Shown piece by piece: positions 38,448 through 48,149 of a stretch of DNA of 64,000 nt. A program made the position numbers and the translations under genes. This DNA comes from an uncultured virus (IMG/VR IMGVR_UViG_3300042691_054280) (taxonomy: Duplodnaviria > Heunggongvirae > Uroviricota > Caudoviricetes > Crassvirales). A model generated the notes under the pieces. It was not told the origin of the DNA, made no database searches, and was given only the letters and a program-made list of their open reading frames with translations. The DNA lies in the IMG/VR virus record IMGVR_UViG_3300042691_054280; one strand, 5' to 3'. Position 1 is the first letter of the stretch, and each line of letters begins with the position of its first letter.

Positions 38448-38962
38448 GCTGAGAATCTTTGGCTGGGGTTATACTTTTTGAAATTTAGGTATGCAATGTC
38501 ATTGCTTTGCAGCAACCGTTTCAGTTTCTCTTTGTTGCCTTTTACACCCCGTGTGAAATCAAATCTGTAGCCTGATTTGTTTTTCACCGAAGAAAGCCCT
38601 TTTGTCCAGAAGAATCTGCAGTAGTACGAATTTGTAAAATACACGTGCCATTTGACTCCTTTTCCAGTGTCTTTATCATAAAGGGAAGTTCCGGCTACAA
38701 GTAACTCCTCTTTATACTTTTTGGACTCTGCCCAGTCAATGGCCGGGTACCTGGGATCTCTGTCTACTCGGCGTATACCAAGATACCCAAGATTGAATCC
38801 CATATTGAAGTCTTGCCCTTTGAGCATAAGGTCTACTATTCCAGAGTTGAACTCAGCACAGATTGCTGAAAAATTCTTTTTCTGAATTTTCTCACCGTAT
38901 GCACGTTGGTAGAACCTGTGCACATCATCCAAAGTGTATGCAGCAGATTTACTCATTTCCAA
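38444..38962 (-). CDS. IHF/HU-like conserved crAss-like protein
   Basis: FNMGFNLGYLGIRR, IDWAESKK, YCRFFW.K and KNKSGYRFDFTR; conserved position in the tail module. Confidence 0.65.
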   Translation of the reverse strand: MEMSKSAAYTLDDVHRFYQRAYGEKIQKKNFSAICAEFNSGIVDLMLKGQDFNMGFNLGYLGIRRVDRDPRYPAIDWAESKKYKEELLVAGTSLYDKDTGKGVKWHVYFTNSYYCRFFWTKGLSSVKNKSGYRFDFTRGVKGNKEKLKRLLQSNDIAYLNFKKYNPSQRFSA

Positions 38963-39191
38963 ATTTCAGTTCCGGACCTTCTTCCAAAAATGATGATACT
39001 TTTTGAGATGCAACCAGCTGTTCTTTCGCGGCTTTCTGTACATCCTTCATAAGCTTTTTGTCTGAAGCCGCTTCAGTAAGAGTGCGCATTGCACGAAGAG
39101 TATCTTCGACTTTCCAGCGGTACTCCCGCTGAGCATCGGTTTCAATTTTAGGCTTGCTTTTAGATGCTGTCGTTGTGTTCTTTTTTGCCAT
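38949..39191 (-). CDS. hypothetical protein
   Basis: 80-aa basic ORF overlapping the downstream gene. Confidence 0.6.
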   Translation of the reverse strand: MAKKNTTTASKSKPKIETDAQREYRWKVEDTLRAMRTLTEAASDKKLMKDVQKAAKEQLVASQKVSSFLEEGPELKFGNE

Positions 39192-39202
39192 GGTAGTAAG
39201 TA

Positions 39203-39469
39203 TTATTCTTCGTCTTCTTCTGCTTTTTGTTTCTTTTTATGAAGACGCAGATCCATTTCAAAGTGTTTCTTGGACTGATGCCTGTCCTGCCTGGCTTTAA
39301 GAGCTCGTTCGATATTAAACCATATCAGGGTAACAGCTCCAATAACTGCTAGTCCCCAAGTTATAGTATTGGTAAACAAGGCCCAGGACAGTACGCCCCA
39401 AGCCAGATTTAATCCAAACCAGTCTGCTATCTGAGAGATTTTTTCCATATTCACATTGCCTAGATTCAT
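39203..39469 (-). CDS. small holin-like membrane protein
   Basis: Start re-assigned to ATG 39469 (ATGA overlap); 88 aa, two hydrophobic segments and a highly charged C-terminus. Confidence 0.55.
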   Translation of the reverse strand: MNLGNVNMEKISQIADWFGLNLAWGVLSWALFTNTITWGLAVIGAVTLIWFNIERALKARQDRHQSKKHFEMDLRLHKKKQKAEEDEE

Positions 39470-40182
39470 TGTTGATCGTAATTGGTTGGGGCTTGTGGAG
39501 TGGAAGGAGCTGATGGACCAGCGTCCTGCATACGATCTGCGGTAGTGTCCGGGAAAGTCCCGGCCAAGAGCCGAAGTTCTCCGTTGATCATACCCATCGT
39601 AATAGCCTGCACCATATCCATAGGCATTGGAAATGGAGATGCGTCTGTGTAACATGGAAGGCCAGAGCAATCTGAGAATTTAGAGACTTCCTCAGGATCT
39701 TCAAACACTCCTCTCACGTTTACATATTCGGCACCTTTGTGATTCAGCACGTACAAATAATCCTCAATCATGTAAGCCTTCATGTTTGAGCCAGTGTATT
39801 TGTCAGCTGAAATGTACGCTACCTCGTACGGTTTTATGAGTTGAATCCTGCCGGTCCCGGTGATGTCTCCGACATACGTAATTGCCTCTTCGAAATTGAA
39901 CCTAACGGTTCTTGGTAGTTTCTTTTTGCTTCTCCAGGCCGGGCAATTGATATTGATGTTGCAGCATTTGGAAAGATCTACTTTTTCAAGTTCTACACAT
40001 CGAAGGTCTTGCTCAAGGTGTCGAGTGATTAAACCGTTTCTGGCAAAATCCCGTCGAATGAATACTGCACGGTAATGTTTTACATTGAACTTAATTTGAT
40101 CAATGGAAATGTTCTCATCCTGAGAAGTTCTTCCTCCCCGGAATGCATTCAGCAGGTTGTATGCAATTTCGTCCAGTGTCAT
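39466..40182 (-). CDS. tail ring protein
   Basis: MTLDEIAYNL...QIKF...YRA, YLYV..., GVFEDP and FPMP pattern of Crassvirales ring proteins. Confidence 0.75.
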   Translation of the reverse strand: MTLDEIAYNLLNAFRGGRTSQDENISIDQIKFNVKHYRAVFIRRDFARNGLITRHLEQDLRCVELEKVDLSKCCNININCPAWRSKKKLPRTVRFNFEEAITYVGDITGTGRIQLIKPYEVAYISADKYTGSNMKAYMIEDYLYVLNHKGAEYVNVRGVFEDPEEVSKFSDCSGLPCYTDASPFPMPMDMVQAITMGMINGELRLLAGTFPDTTADRMQDAGPSAPSTPQAPTNYDQQ

Positions 40183-40472
40183 TTTCCAAAGAGTTCAATG
40201 TCAGTTTTTACTTTGAGGAGCTCTGTACATTTTTCGTACTCCTCTATTCGTTCGAAGTAATCGATCATAAGATCAGCTACATTTAAAAACGTCTCTCTTT
40301 TTCGAGGGTTGAACGGAAAGTTGACTATAAACTTTTCCTGAACCAGGTCAGCTACAGTCTTCTTTCCGGTGATCAGCTCATATCCGTTGTGAAAAGTTTC
40401 GTGAATTCCTTCCATCTCAAACAGTATTTTGCTGAGCTCTTCAACACTCATATTTTGATCAAACTCGATCAA
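40179..40472 (-). CDS. hypothetical protein with UVR-like C-terminal helix
   Basis: YFERIEEYEKCTELL motif; overlaps both neighbours. Confidence 0.55.
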   Translation of the reverse strand: MIEFDQNMSVEELSKILFEMEGIHETFHNGYELITGKKTVADLVQEKFIVNFPFNPRKRETFLNVADLMIDYFERIEEYEKCTELLKVKTDIELFGK

Positions 40473-40885
40473 AGCAGCAATGACAGTTTTTCCATTACTT
40501 CTGCAGACAGTGAATCTGGCAACAAGTTTTCTGTAAGTCGGAACAGCTCTACTTCAGCTGGTTGATCAAGAAGTTTGTTTACCTCTTCCATTTGCTGCTT
40601 ACGTTCTTCCATCAACTCTGGATTTTCTTTTTCCAGAGCCTCTACACCGGCTGAATCTTTTTTCTTTATCAGCTCCTGAGCTTTCAACGAGAGCTCCATG
40701 AATGCTTCCGAAGGTTTTGCTTTAGCATCGATTGGAGCAATGTGTTTATTCAGGATTGCTTGGTTTTTCAGAATCAAAAGCGCAAAGCCTGTGTGAGGAA
40801 TGCCTTTACATGCCTGCAGAGTTTGGCTTAGTTCAAGCAAGCCTCGGTTTGTGCTTGCTACAATGATTTTTTCAGTGGGTTGCAT
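40469..40885 (-). CDS. hypothetical protein (possible fibre chaperone)
   Basis: Start re-assigned to MQPTEK; helical; directly follows a fibre-like gene. Confidence 0.55.
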   Translation of the reverse strand: MQPTEKIIVASTNRGLLELSQTLQACKGIPHTGFALLILKNQAILNKHIAPIDAKAKPSEAFMELSLKAQELIKKKDSAGVEALEKENPELMEERKQQMEEVNKLLDQPAEVELFRLTENLLPDSLSAEVMEKLSLLL

Positions 40886-40912
40886 AATGTGTATGGTTTG
40901 CAATTGAGTTTA

Positions 40913-42190
40913 TTATTCGGCTGTGTCGTAAAGTCGGATCCAGCGAACAGTGCCGTTTACTTTTACTTGGATGGCTCCGACTTTTGTGCCGGCTGTAGCT
41001 GATGAACTGGAAATAGAATTTGCACTGGCAGCTCCGCTTGTGCCAATAAAGTTTATGAAGGATTCTCCTGTATCAAGTTGTTCAACTCCTATTACAGGAA
41101 GGTTTGCAGCTGCATCGCTTTGTTTAACGTGAAGAGTAAAGTCTGGCGAGTCTTCATTTACACCAAACCTTTTTGTCCTTCCATCGAAACGAGCAATTTC
41201 TTGTAAAACTGCTGCAGTACTGTACCCAAAAAGGATAATATTTCCGGACGTACCACTTCCATCGTGGTTCCCTGGGAAAAGCAAAATATTTCCGCCGTCT
41301 TTACTTCCCATGGAACCTCCTGCTCGAAGTTCAACATTACCTCCGGCATTGACAGTTGTAGCTGCACTTCCTGCAAGTATAAACTCAACAGGAGTAGCTG
41401 CATCTGCAGCTTTAATTGTTTGTACGAGTCCCCCTTGGAGGTAGATGTTTTGCTGTACGTTGAGGTCAGCTGCAAAAAATGGTGTAGGTGTGTTGGATCC
41501 TACAAAAATTCTTCCGGTGCTGTCGAGTTGAAGTCCTTCATTATTACCATTCCCACTCAACCATTTCAATCCGTACAAATTGAAGTTATTTGCATTGATG
41601 TTTTGTGTGAATGTTGTAAATCCGGCATTAATTGTAATCGAACCGGATGCATTGACAATTGATACATTTGTTCCAGCTGTCAAAGTAGCCATTACTGGTG
41701 CCAAACCTGAACGACCGATTGGGATTTGGCCATTAGCTCCCGGGCCAAGAAGAGAAGGTGCTCCTGTTTCATTCCCCACCAGAAATGCTCCGGCTGTAAT
41801 TGAAGCAAGTCCTGTTCCTCCGTTTGCGACTGGCAGTATTCCGGTGACGTTACTTGTAAGAGCGACAGAGCTCAGGAATTGTGACGCAGTGTTGTCACAA
41901 GTTGCAAGATTAATGTTGCGAGGATCTACAGTCAGCAGAATGTTATTGTGAACAGTACTTACAGTAAGCAGATTGCTTGCTGAAGCAATTCCTTTGAAGT
42001 TCAGAACATTTTTGTTTGTAATGCTGATGAATAAAGATTCACTGCCGGTGCCGAGTGTAGTAAGACTTGGAAACAAGTCCTGAGCAGCAAGTTTGTAATT
42101 GGCATTTCCGGCAGTGTCTGCTATTACCAACCAGTGGTTCGCAGTTACACTAGTTTTTGCCAAAGTTGAGAGTGAACCAATTGTAGGCAT
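40913..42190 (-). CDS. tail fibre-like structural protein
   Basis: Ser/Thr/Gly-rich; LNFKGI, GILPVANGGTG and TLTAGTNVSI fibre motifs; C-terminal IQVKVNGTVRWIRLY. Confidence 0.7.
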   Translation of the reverse strand: MPTIGSLSTLAKTSVTANHWLVIADTAGNANYKLAAQDLFPSLTTLGTGSESLFISITNKNVLNFKGIASASNLLTVSTVHNNILLTVDPRNINLATCDNTASQFLSSVALTSNVTGILPVANGGTGLASITAGAFLVGNETGAPSLLGPGANGQIPIGRSGLAPVMATLTAGTNVSIVNASGSITINAGFTTFTQNINANNFNLYGLKWLSGNGNNEGLQLDSTGRIFVGSNTPTPFFAADLNVQQNIYLQGGLVQTIKAADAATPVEFILAGSAATTVNAGGNVELRAGGSMGSKDGGNILLFPGNHDGSGTSGNIILFGYSTAAVLQEIARFDGRTKRFGVNEDSPDFTLHVKQSDAAANLPVIGVEQLDTGESFINFIGTSGAASANSISSSSATAGTKVGAIQVKVNGTVRWIRLYDTAE

Positions 42191-42960
42191 CAGAGTTCGA
42201 TGTTATTACCGTTTTCCAGAGTAATAGCTCCGCCAGCTTCTCCTTCGAGGTAGGTTATTGTTGGTGTTGGCGCTGGTGCGCCTGGGGTCGAAGTTACAAT
42301 ACAATCGGTACAAAACCGAGTTGCAAAGTCAATGAATGTTTCAAGGTAGGTATTGGAATTCAGTTCCGGAGTGTAATCGCAGTATTGAATTCCCGGAAAT
42401 GGTTTTCCGTTAAACACACACTCGAGGCCGGATTCTGAATCTTTTTGCTCGAGTAAATCGATTATCAGATTGAGTTTTACAAGTTCGAGGTGATTGCATT
42501 GAACGGCACCTCTAATTTTAGCCAGGAAATCTGTAGATTTTGAGGCCAGACAATCTTTGAAAGACGTTAGGAGTGTAGAAAGTGAAACCCCATTGATTGT
42601 GTCCACACAAATAGGTGGCTCTACAAAAATTTCAGCTGAAATAACTCGATATTTTCCGGGCTCTCCAACTGTATCGTAATCCCAAACTATATTATCTTCT
42701 GGAAACGGTGGACACTGTCCACTCCAAGATGCAACACTTTCTACAACAGCTCCAGGACTTCCAATAAGCGCATCGGAAGTTACCACCCATTTGTTATTGC
42801 CGTTGTATGCTATATAAAGCTGTGGAGCGCTTAGCCCAACATTGGGTGGAATAATATAATAGCTGGCACCATTTAAAGTTCCGGCCGGAGATAAGGTGTT
42901 TTCGTATGTTAGAAAATTCCCATTTATCTCTATCGTTACAAGGAGATCACTACATGCCAT
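42190..42960 (-). CDS. putative tail hub / structural protein
   Basis: 256-aa Cys-containing ORF at the tail-hub position. Confidence 0.5.
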   Translation of the reverse strand: MACSDLLVTIEINGNFLTYENTLSPAGTLNGASYYIIPPNVGLSAPQLYIAYNGNNKWVVTSDALIGSPGAVVESVASWSGQCPPFPEDNIVWDYDTVGEPGKYRVISAEIFVEPPICVDTINGVSLSTLLTSFKDCLASKSTDFLAKIRGAVQCNHLELVKLNLIIDLLEQKDSESGLECVFNGKPFPGIQYCDYTPELNSNTYLETFIDFATRFCTDCIVTSTPGAPAPTPTITYLEGEAGGAITLENGNNIEL

Positions 42961-42972
42961 GACGGTAATGAA

Positions 42973-43449
42973 TTAGCAGCCACAGGCACAGACAGCTGTG
43001 CAAAACTCCTTGGCTTTGTTGTACTTATTTACTGCATCGACAATGTTTGACGTTGAGTAAGCTGAATGTTCGGCTCCTGATATCAGGATTCGAATTTTTT
43101 CAGCTTTCCGGAGATCTTCTTCACATTTGTCGCAGTGGCAGTGGCAGTCAATTGCCGATTGGACTAGTGCTGCAATGCAGCATCGGATCTCACAGCTTCC
43201 TACTACGTATCCTGCCAGGGTATCTTCTTCTACATTGATCTCAAGGATGCCATTAAAGTTTTCACCTGCTGTTTCTGAATCAAGTTCCCATGTAACAATT
43301 CCTTCATTTGGAGTCAATGGGTCAGACTGCACTTCGACTTCAGTAATGTGATTGATATAGTTTAGGGTGATATTACCCACAACTTCTTCAAGCACTACTG
43401 TGAGAGTTTTGCAATCTTTTGAGACGGTGATGGAGGAGATAGTTGCCAT
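42973..43449 (-). CDS. putative tail hub protein with Cys-rich C-terminus
   Basis: CEIRCC, CHCHCDKC and FCTAVCACGC; follows the auxiliary capsid gene. Confidence 0.55.
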   Translation of the reverse strand: MATISSITVSKDCKTLTVVLEEVVGNITLNYINHITEVEVQSDPLTPNEGIVTWELDSETAGENFNGILEINVEEDTLAGYVVGSCEIRCCIAALVQSAIDCHCHCDKCEEDLRKAEKIRILISGAEHSAYSTSNIVDAVNKYNKAKEFCTAVCACGC

Positions 43450-43476
43450 GATGGGTGTAAAGATAAACTTGATTCA

Positions 43477-43508
43477 GAAAAGAGGGGGACCGAAATCCCC
43501 TTCTTTTC
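43477..43508 (-). terminator. intrinsic terminator after the auxiliary capsid gene
   Basis: Minus strand GAAAAGAAGGGGA-TTTCGG-TCCCCCTCTTTTC. Confidence 0.75.
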
Positions 43509-43517
43509 AGGTTAGAA

Positions 43518-44525
43518 TCAATAGTGGTCTTCTTCGTTTGCAGAGCCCCAAGTGCCAATTCCGAATACGGCGTCTGCCACAGTGTTGGCTGCAACAGCCA
43601 CTCTTTGGTAGATACGAATGGTATTCATTTCACCCGGGCGAGCGATGCCGGTGTCAGCTGGATGGTCGTGCAGGTACTGAATTTCGACTACTTCGTAGGT
43701 GTTACCAGGAACTGCAAAAGTCGGAAAATTCAGCGGCAACCATGAACGGTTGTGGTTACCGTACTTGGCACGGCAAGCTTTCTCATCAGAGATAACTTGC
43801 CAGTAGTTTCCGGCACCAGCGTCAAAACCGGTTTCAGTTTGGCCGGTAAGGATACCAGAATCATCGCTGTAAGTAACAACTACGTCGAAGATCACACCTG
43901 GGTGACGGGCAGTGATATCGAGTGTAGAAGTGTTGTCGGTTGTTGACAGAATTGCGTTCAGAGTTTTGTTCTGAGCAATTCGTGTTACGATGAAATCGTA
44001 CAGAGTTGCTTCAGTTGCAGCATGCTCTGATGCCAGAACTTCAACGTTGAACAGGGTGCGGCCGGAAGAAAAGTTTCCGAGAATTGGAAATACAAATCCA
44101 CCACCAGACAGGTCCAGATTCGGATCGTTGGGGTCAACGAAATTCTGGTAGTTAGTGGGGGAAGTACGGATAGCGATCTTTACGTTCACAGCCTTGCCAG
44201 CAGCAGGGTTGCCTACGTCCAGACGTATGTTGTGACGTACAGTCGCTGCGTACCGAGTGTACTTGACGCGTTTGATTGCTTTTACGTCAATCAGCGGAGA
44301 TGCGATCGGCCAGCCGGAAGGCATGGTTTGTACGATTTGCAGAGGTCCAGCGGCAGACATCATAGCAGTGGTGAGGTACGCATTTGTAGCTGCGTTCCAT
44401 ACACCAACCAGGCTATTGCCAACAGCGGCGCTCACGGCAAAAGTTGAACCGTCCAGCATTGTACCGTTAACGACGTCGCTGATATCGTTAGCGACAAACA
44501 CTTGGGACAAATTTTGAGGTGCCAT
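43518..44525 (-). CDS. auxiliary capsid / decoration protein
   Basis: 335 aa, beta-rich, GFDAGAGNYWQV motif; syntenic position; followed by its own terminator, as expected for an abundant protein. Confidence 0.6.
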   Translation of the reverse strand: MAPQNLSQVFVANDISDVVNGTMLDGSTFAVSAAVGNSLVGVWNAATNAYLTTAMMSAAGPLQIVQTMPSGWPIASPLIDVKAIKRVKYTRYAATVRHNIRLDVGNPAAGKAVNVKIAIRTSPTNYQNFVDPNDPNLDLSGGGFVFPILGNFSSGRTLFNVEVLASEHAATEATLYDFIVTRIAQNKTLNAILSTTDNTSTLDITARHPGVIFDVVVTYSDDSGILTGQTETGFDAGAGNYWQVISDEKACRAKYGNHNRSWLPLNFPTFAVPGNTYEVVEIQYLHDHPADTGIARPGEMNTIRIYQRVAVAANTVADAVFGIGTWGSANEEDHY

Positions 44526-44561
44526 TTCTTGTTTGAATTTGTGGCGTTAATAATTGATGAA

Positions 44562-45683
44562 CTATTCACTCTGCAACGTTTCCGCTGCCTGAGTTTGGTA
44601 CCTGCGGGCTTCAATTCCCTCAAGTATGCTTTTCACTGCCAAATCTACGATTTCTTGGTGCATGTGATCCGGTAATTCACTACCGATTCCCAAACTTTTT
44701 GAAATCGTAACTGGTTTACGAATGTATTTGATACGTACAGCACTTATTACAAATTCGTTGTTAGTGTGCACGTCAATGTAACGTTCTTCGATGGTGTACA
44801 ATGGCCGTTTGTAATCCGTCTTGTTAAACGGGTCGTCCATCATATGAATGATATCATCGTGCTGAGCATAAGTGCACAGCACTCTTCGGAATTCTCCGGT
44901 AGACGAGTAGCGGTTTGTCTTTGTCTTTACTCGAAGTGTGGAGTTATACGTGTAGACTGCATCTGCCATGGTACCATTGCTTGGAATCCATGTAAGTCTT
45001 ACGTAACCCTCAGTTGTCAACTGCCATCCGGAGTTAAAAAGCGTCAGGTAAATTCTGTTGCTGTGCTGCACCGGAGTTTCGTGTGCAGTTTGAGCATACG
45101 AAAATTCATCCGGGAAAGTCATATATGGGAAGATGGCAAAAAAGTAGTTGTTACTGTTTGTCCATTGATCTTCTACAATCTCCTGCCCGAGCGGCAAGTT
45201 TATAATGCTTTCCCAGCTGGAGCCTCCCCAGCGATCCATCCCTACCAAGATGTAGCCATCTTGAGGTGGAGTAAGATTGACTTCTACTGAATTGAACTGC
45301 AGTGTGGTTGTATTTACCGTGATTGGTGCATTGCATTCGTAGTAGATATCTCCTCTTACTGAGATCAGAAACAGGTAGTCGAGCGGAAAGGTGTACCGGT
45401 CAACATAAATCGGGGAGTAATTCGAATTGTAAATTTCTCCTTCGTATGTTGTAGGACCTGTATGCTCGACTACCAGGTTTCTCAAATCATCGATCCGTTT
45501 TTGAGATTGCTCAAAGCCGCGGCCATACCGGTTTCCCATAGGCACAAACCTGTGCTTGATGATTCGTTCTTGGGCTCGATTGAGCTCAAAATCGATTTCT
45601 TCCGGCAACAGGTTGTCACTTTGGAAAGATGCAATTTTCTGCACTCCCAAATTCACAGCTATATGCAATTCAGAGACGGTCAT
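44562..45683 (-). CDS. tail ring protein
   Basis: PEEIDFELNRAQ, GFEQSQKRIDDLRNLV and YIRKP...ELPDHMHQEIVDLAV motifs. Confidence 0.8.
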   Translation of the reverse strand: MTVSELHIAVNLGVQKIASFQSDNLLPEEIDFELNRAQERIIKHRFVPMGNRYGRGFEQSQKRIDDLRNLVVEHTGPTTYEGEIYNSNYSPIYVDRYTFPLDYLFLISVRGDIYYECNAPITVNTTTLQFNSVEVNLTPPQDGYILVGMDRWGGSSWESIINLPLGQEIVEDQWTNSNNYFFAIFPYMTFPDEFSYAQTAHETPVQHSNRIYLTLFNSGWQLTTEGYVRLTWIPSNGTMADAVYTYNSTLRVKTKTNRYSSTGEFRRVLCTYAQHDDIIHMMDDPFNKTDYKRPLYTIEERYIDVHTNNEFVISAVRIKYIRKPVTISKSLGIGSELPDHMHQEIVDLAVKSILEGIEARRYQTQAAETLQSE

Positions 45684-45685
45684 TC

Positions 45686-46561
45686 TTATTCTTCGTCAAC
45701 TTCTTTTTTCTCAGCAACAGGCGCAGCTTCAGCTTCAGCGTAAAACTTGCCTGTGATTTCACGCAGTCGTGCTCTCATGACGTTTACCTGACCTGAATTT
45801 CGGCGATTTTTGAAGTAGACGATGGTGTCTTTCATATCTTGACCAATTGTTTCGTCTCCGAAAATCACTTGGTTGCCAATTCGGCGCAGGATACCTTCTT
45901 CTACCAGCTCTTCAATTTCTGCCTGGGTGTCCAGGTTTTCGTCAGTAGCATACCGGAGGAATGTCTTTGGACGCTTTTCTTTCTCTTCGTAAAGAGCATT
46001 TTCTACGTCCATATCCATCATCTTGTCCGGGTTTGTACCGGGAACACATACACGGAGCAGCTTACGCATTCGTGAATAATCCCCGTCCAATTTCAGGAAT
46101 TCCTTGTCTGCATCCTTTTTGAATTTGACAAGTTCGTTCCGTTTTACCTTTTCACGTTCCGGATCGTAGATGTAGAATCGCTTTTCAGCGTTATCGAGCA
46201 TCAGCGTTTCGGTTTCGGCTACATGCTTGTGACGCTGAATCCAGCGCCAGTAGATGTAATCCATGGGATTGATCGGAGATTTATCGTCACGGAGTCCTAC
46301 TTCCAACTCACGTCCTTCGAACGGAACCAAGAGACTGAGGCTTGCCCAAAAATCGTGGGCTTTTTGCGGCCAGTCCTGGTGGGTTGGTGGTACATTCAAA
46401 ATTGGTCGAAGCAGTTGCGCTTCTTCCTCTCCTTCTACTCCTTTGAGTGGAAGTCGGTTTACGAAAATCGATCCAATTCGGATCTTTGCAGCTGCCCGGA
46501 TTTCTTTCGGGAGGTGCCCCATCGTTTCGCGGCGACGGACATAGATTTTTTTCGAAGTCAT
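45686..46561 (-). CDS. conserved post-capsid protein
   Basis: 291 aa directly after the major capsid gene; PINPMDYI.W and RFYIYD motifs. Confidence 0.65.
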   Translation of the reverse strand: MTSKKIYVRRRETMGHLPKEIRAAAKIRIGSIFVNRLPLKGVEGEEEAQLLRPILNVPPTHQDWPQKAHDFWASLSLLVPFEGRELEVGLRDDKSPINPMDYIYWRWIQRHKHVAETETLMLDNAEKRFYIYDPEREKVKRNELVKFKKDADKEFLKLDGDYSRMRKLLRVCVPGTNPDKMMDMDVENALYEEKEKRPKTFLRYATDENLDTQAEIEELVEEGILRRIGNQVIFGDETIGQDMKDTIVYFKNRRNSGQVNVMRARLREITGKFYAEAEAAPVAEKKEVDEE

Positions 46562-46634
46562 TGAATATTGTTCTTCTTGTTTGTGTAAGACTTCTCTGAG
46601 TAGAAGAATAGCTCTTGAGTTGTCTGTTATGGAA

Positions 46635-46668
46635 GCCGGGGAAAGCTTTTACACTTTCCCCGGTTTTT
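46635..46668. terminator. stem-loop downstream of the major capsid gene
   Basis: CCGGGGAAAG-8nt-CTTTCCCCGG; the U-tract is strong only on the + strand. Confidence 0.7.
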
Positions 46669-46682
46669 GCAATCCATACATG

Positions 46683-48107
46683 TCACGAAGCAACACACTG
46701 GAGGTCAAGGCTGGTATCAAAGCGGCGGAGCAAGATACCGGCAGTCTTCAGCATGTGAACTGACGCGCCGTCGATGTCACTGGCACGGGTAGAAGATTCG
46801 GTGAATCCACGTGGGACCACAGAACCTGCAACGCACCAGCGGAGCATTTCACGTTTTGCCTTGTTGATCATCTGTACGTTGTTTTCACCGTCGTAAGCCG
46901 ACTGGTCAACGAACACCATACGGTAAGACTCCATAGGCAGGCCTGAAGAAGGATGCTTTTTGGAGGCTTGAGCAACCGGACCGTGGTCAAACATCGGAAC
47001 TTTCACGACATTCACACGGTGACCGTCAACGTGGTCATAACTTGTGAAGTAACCAGTGAGTCCGAGGTTGCGGCCGGTACCAGTGATGAACTTGGCATCA
47101 GCAGTCTGCAGGAAGGCGTTTGCTCCGTAGTAAGACTTGAGAGCGCGGTCGAACTCACGTGCACCACCGGTACCAGTGTACAGGGTGATTTGCTTGTCCG
47201 TAGCGTCGGTCATACCGTAGAACAGATCTCCTACGACTTCTTCAATTTTGTTCGTGGTCAAAGTTGAGTAGGTATCCTTGTTGATTACCTGCTCGAGAAG
47301 ACCAGGTCCAGATACAACTGGCTGACCGTTCTCATCGAGCATGGTGGTTGTGCCACTTGCATCGTGAGTTTTCTGGCCGTACCAGTAGTACATTTCACAC
47401 TCTTCTTTGAACTTGAGCATGTGGCGGTACTCTTCGTAGTCCATCCACAGCTTGGTCTTTGAGCCGTCCTTGAGAGGAAGTTCAAATTGTGCAACGTAGT
47501 CTTTGGCATTTCCGGAGAAGTGATAAGACTTACGAATGGTACCGATCTTCGAACGAACCAGGCCGGGAGCGGTCCAGTTTGACGCGTTTCCACGTGAGAA
47601 GTCGATACCTACGTTAGCGTACAGCTGCCCCCAGAGGGCGCCGTCTGCCAAATCACCACCGGCACCAGCTGAGAGTGCAGATGCATCCGGAGAAACCAGA
47701 CGCAGAGTGTACTTCCAACCGTTGCCGTCAGCAACTGGTTCATTCATGATACGTGCCAGAATACCTGATTGAGAAACCAGGGTGTACGGAAACACGAACC
47801 ATTTGTCAGGGAACGTCACTGTGAAAACTGATCCACCAGCACCAGTGCCGGAAGATGCAATTACAGGACGTACGTTGATTTCGTGTGTTTTCACACGGTA
47901 CTCGTACTCGAACCGATCGATGGACTTTGTGTTTCCGACACCTTCTGTGAGAAAAGTGAGAGGAAACTTTTTGTCTTCACGGCCGGCCAAATGCGTGATG
48001 ATCGGAGAGATCTCCGCGGGACGATCCATGAGAGCGTTGACGAGCGAGTTAGTGTCGGTCATCTGCTGATCATTGTAGAACGTCTTCAGAACTTGCATAA
48101 GAGCCAT
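46683..48107 (-). CDS. major capsid protein
   Basis: 474 aa; FPLTFLTEG, IRKSYHFSGN, GPGLLEQ, LYTGTGG and ESYRMVFVD motifs of the crAss-like MCP; portal-scaffold-MCP order. Confidence 0.9.
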   Translation of the reverse strand: MALMQVLKTFYNDQQMTDTNSLVNALMDRPAEISPIITHLAGREDKKFPLTFLTEGVGNTKSIDRFEYEYRVKTHEINVRPVIASSGTGAGGSVFTVTFPDKWFVFPYTLVSQSGILARIMNEPVADGNGWKYTLRLVSPDASALSAGAGGDLADGALWGQLYANVGIDFSRGNASNWTAPGLVRSKIGTIRKSYHFSGNAKDYVAQFELPLKDGSKTKLWMDYEEYRHMLKFKEECEMYYWYGQKTHDASGTTTMLDENGQPVVSGPGLLEQVINKDTYSTLTTNKIEEVVGDLFYGMTDATDKQITLYTGTGGAREFDRALKSYYGANAFLQTADAKFITGTGRNLGLTGYFTSYDHVDGHRVNVVKVPMFDHGPVAQASKKHPSSGLPMESYRMVFVDQSAYDGENNVQMINKAKREMLRWCVAGSVVPRGFTESSTRASDIDGASVHMLKTAGILLRRFDTSLDLQCVAS

Positions 48108-48149
48108 TGTCGTTGTCGTTTTGAAGGGTTATAGTTGCCCGGGAGGTTA

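Noticed and set aside
39470..39670. N-terminal extension of the listed 155-aa ORF
   Set aside because: Overlaps the ring gene out of frame; ATG 39469 with an ATGA overlap is the better start.
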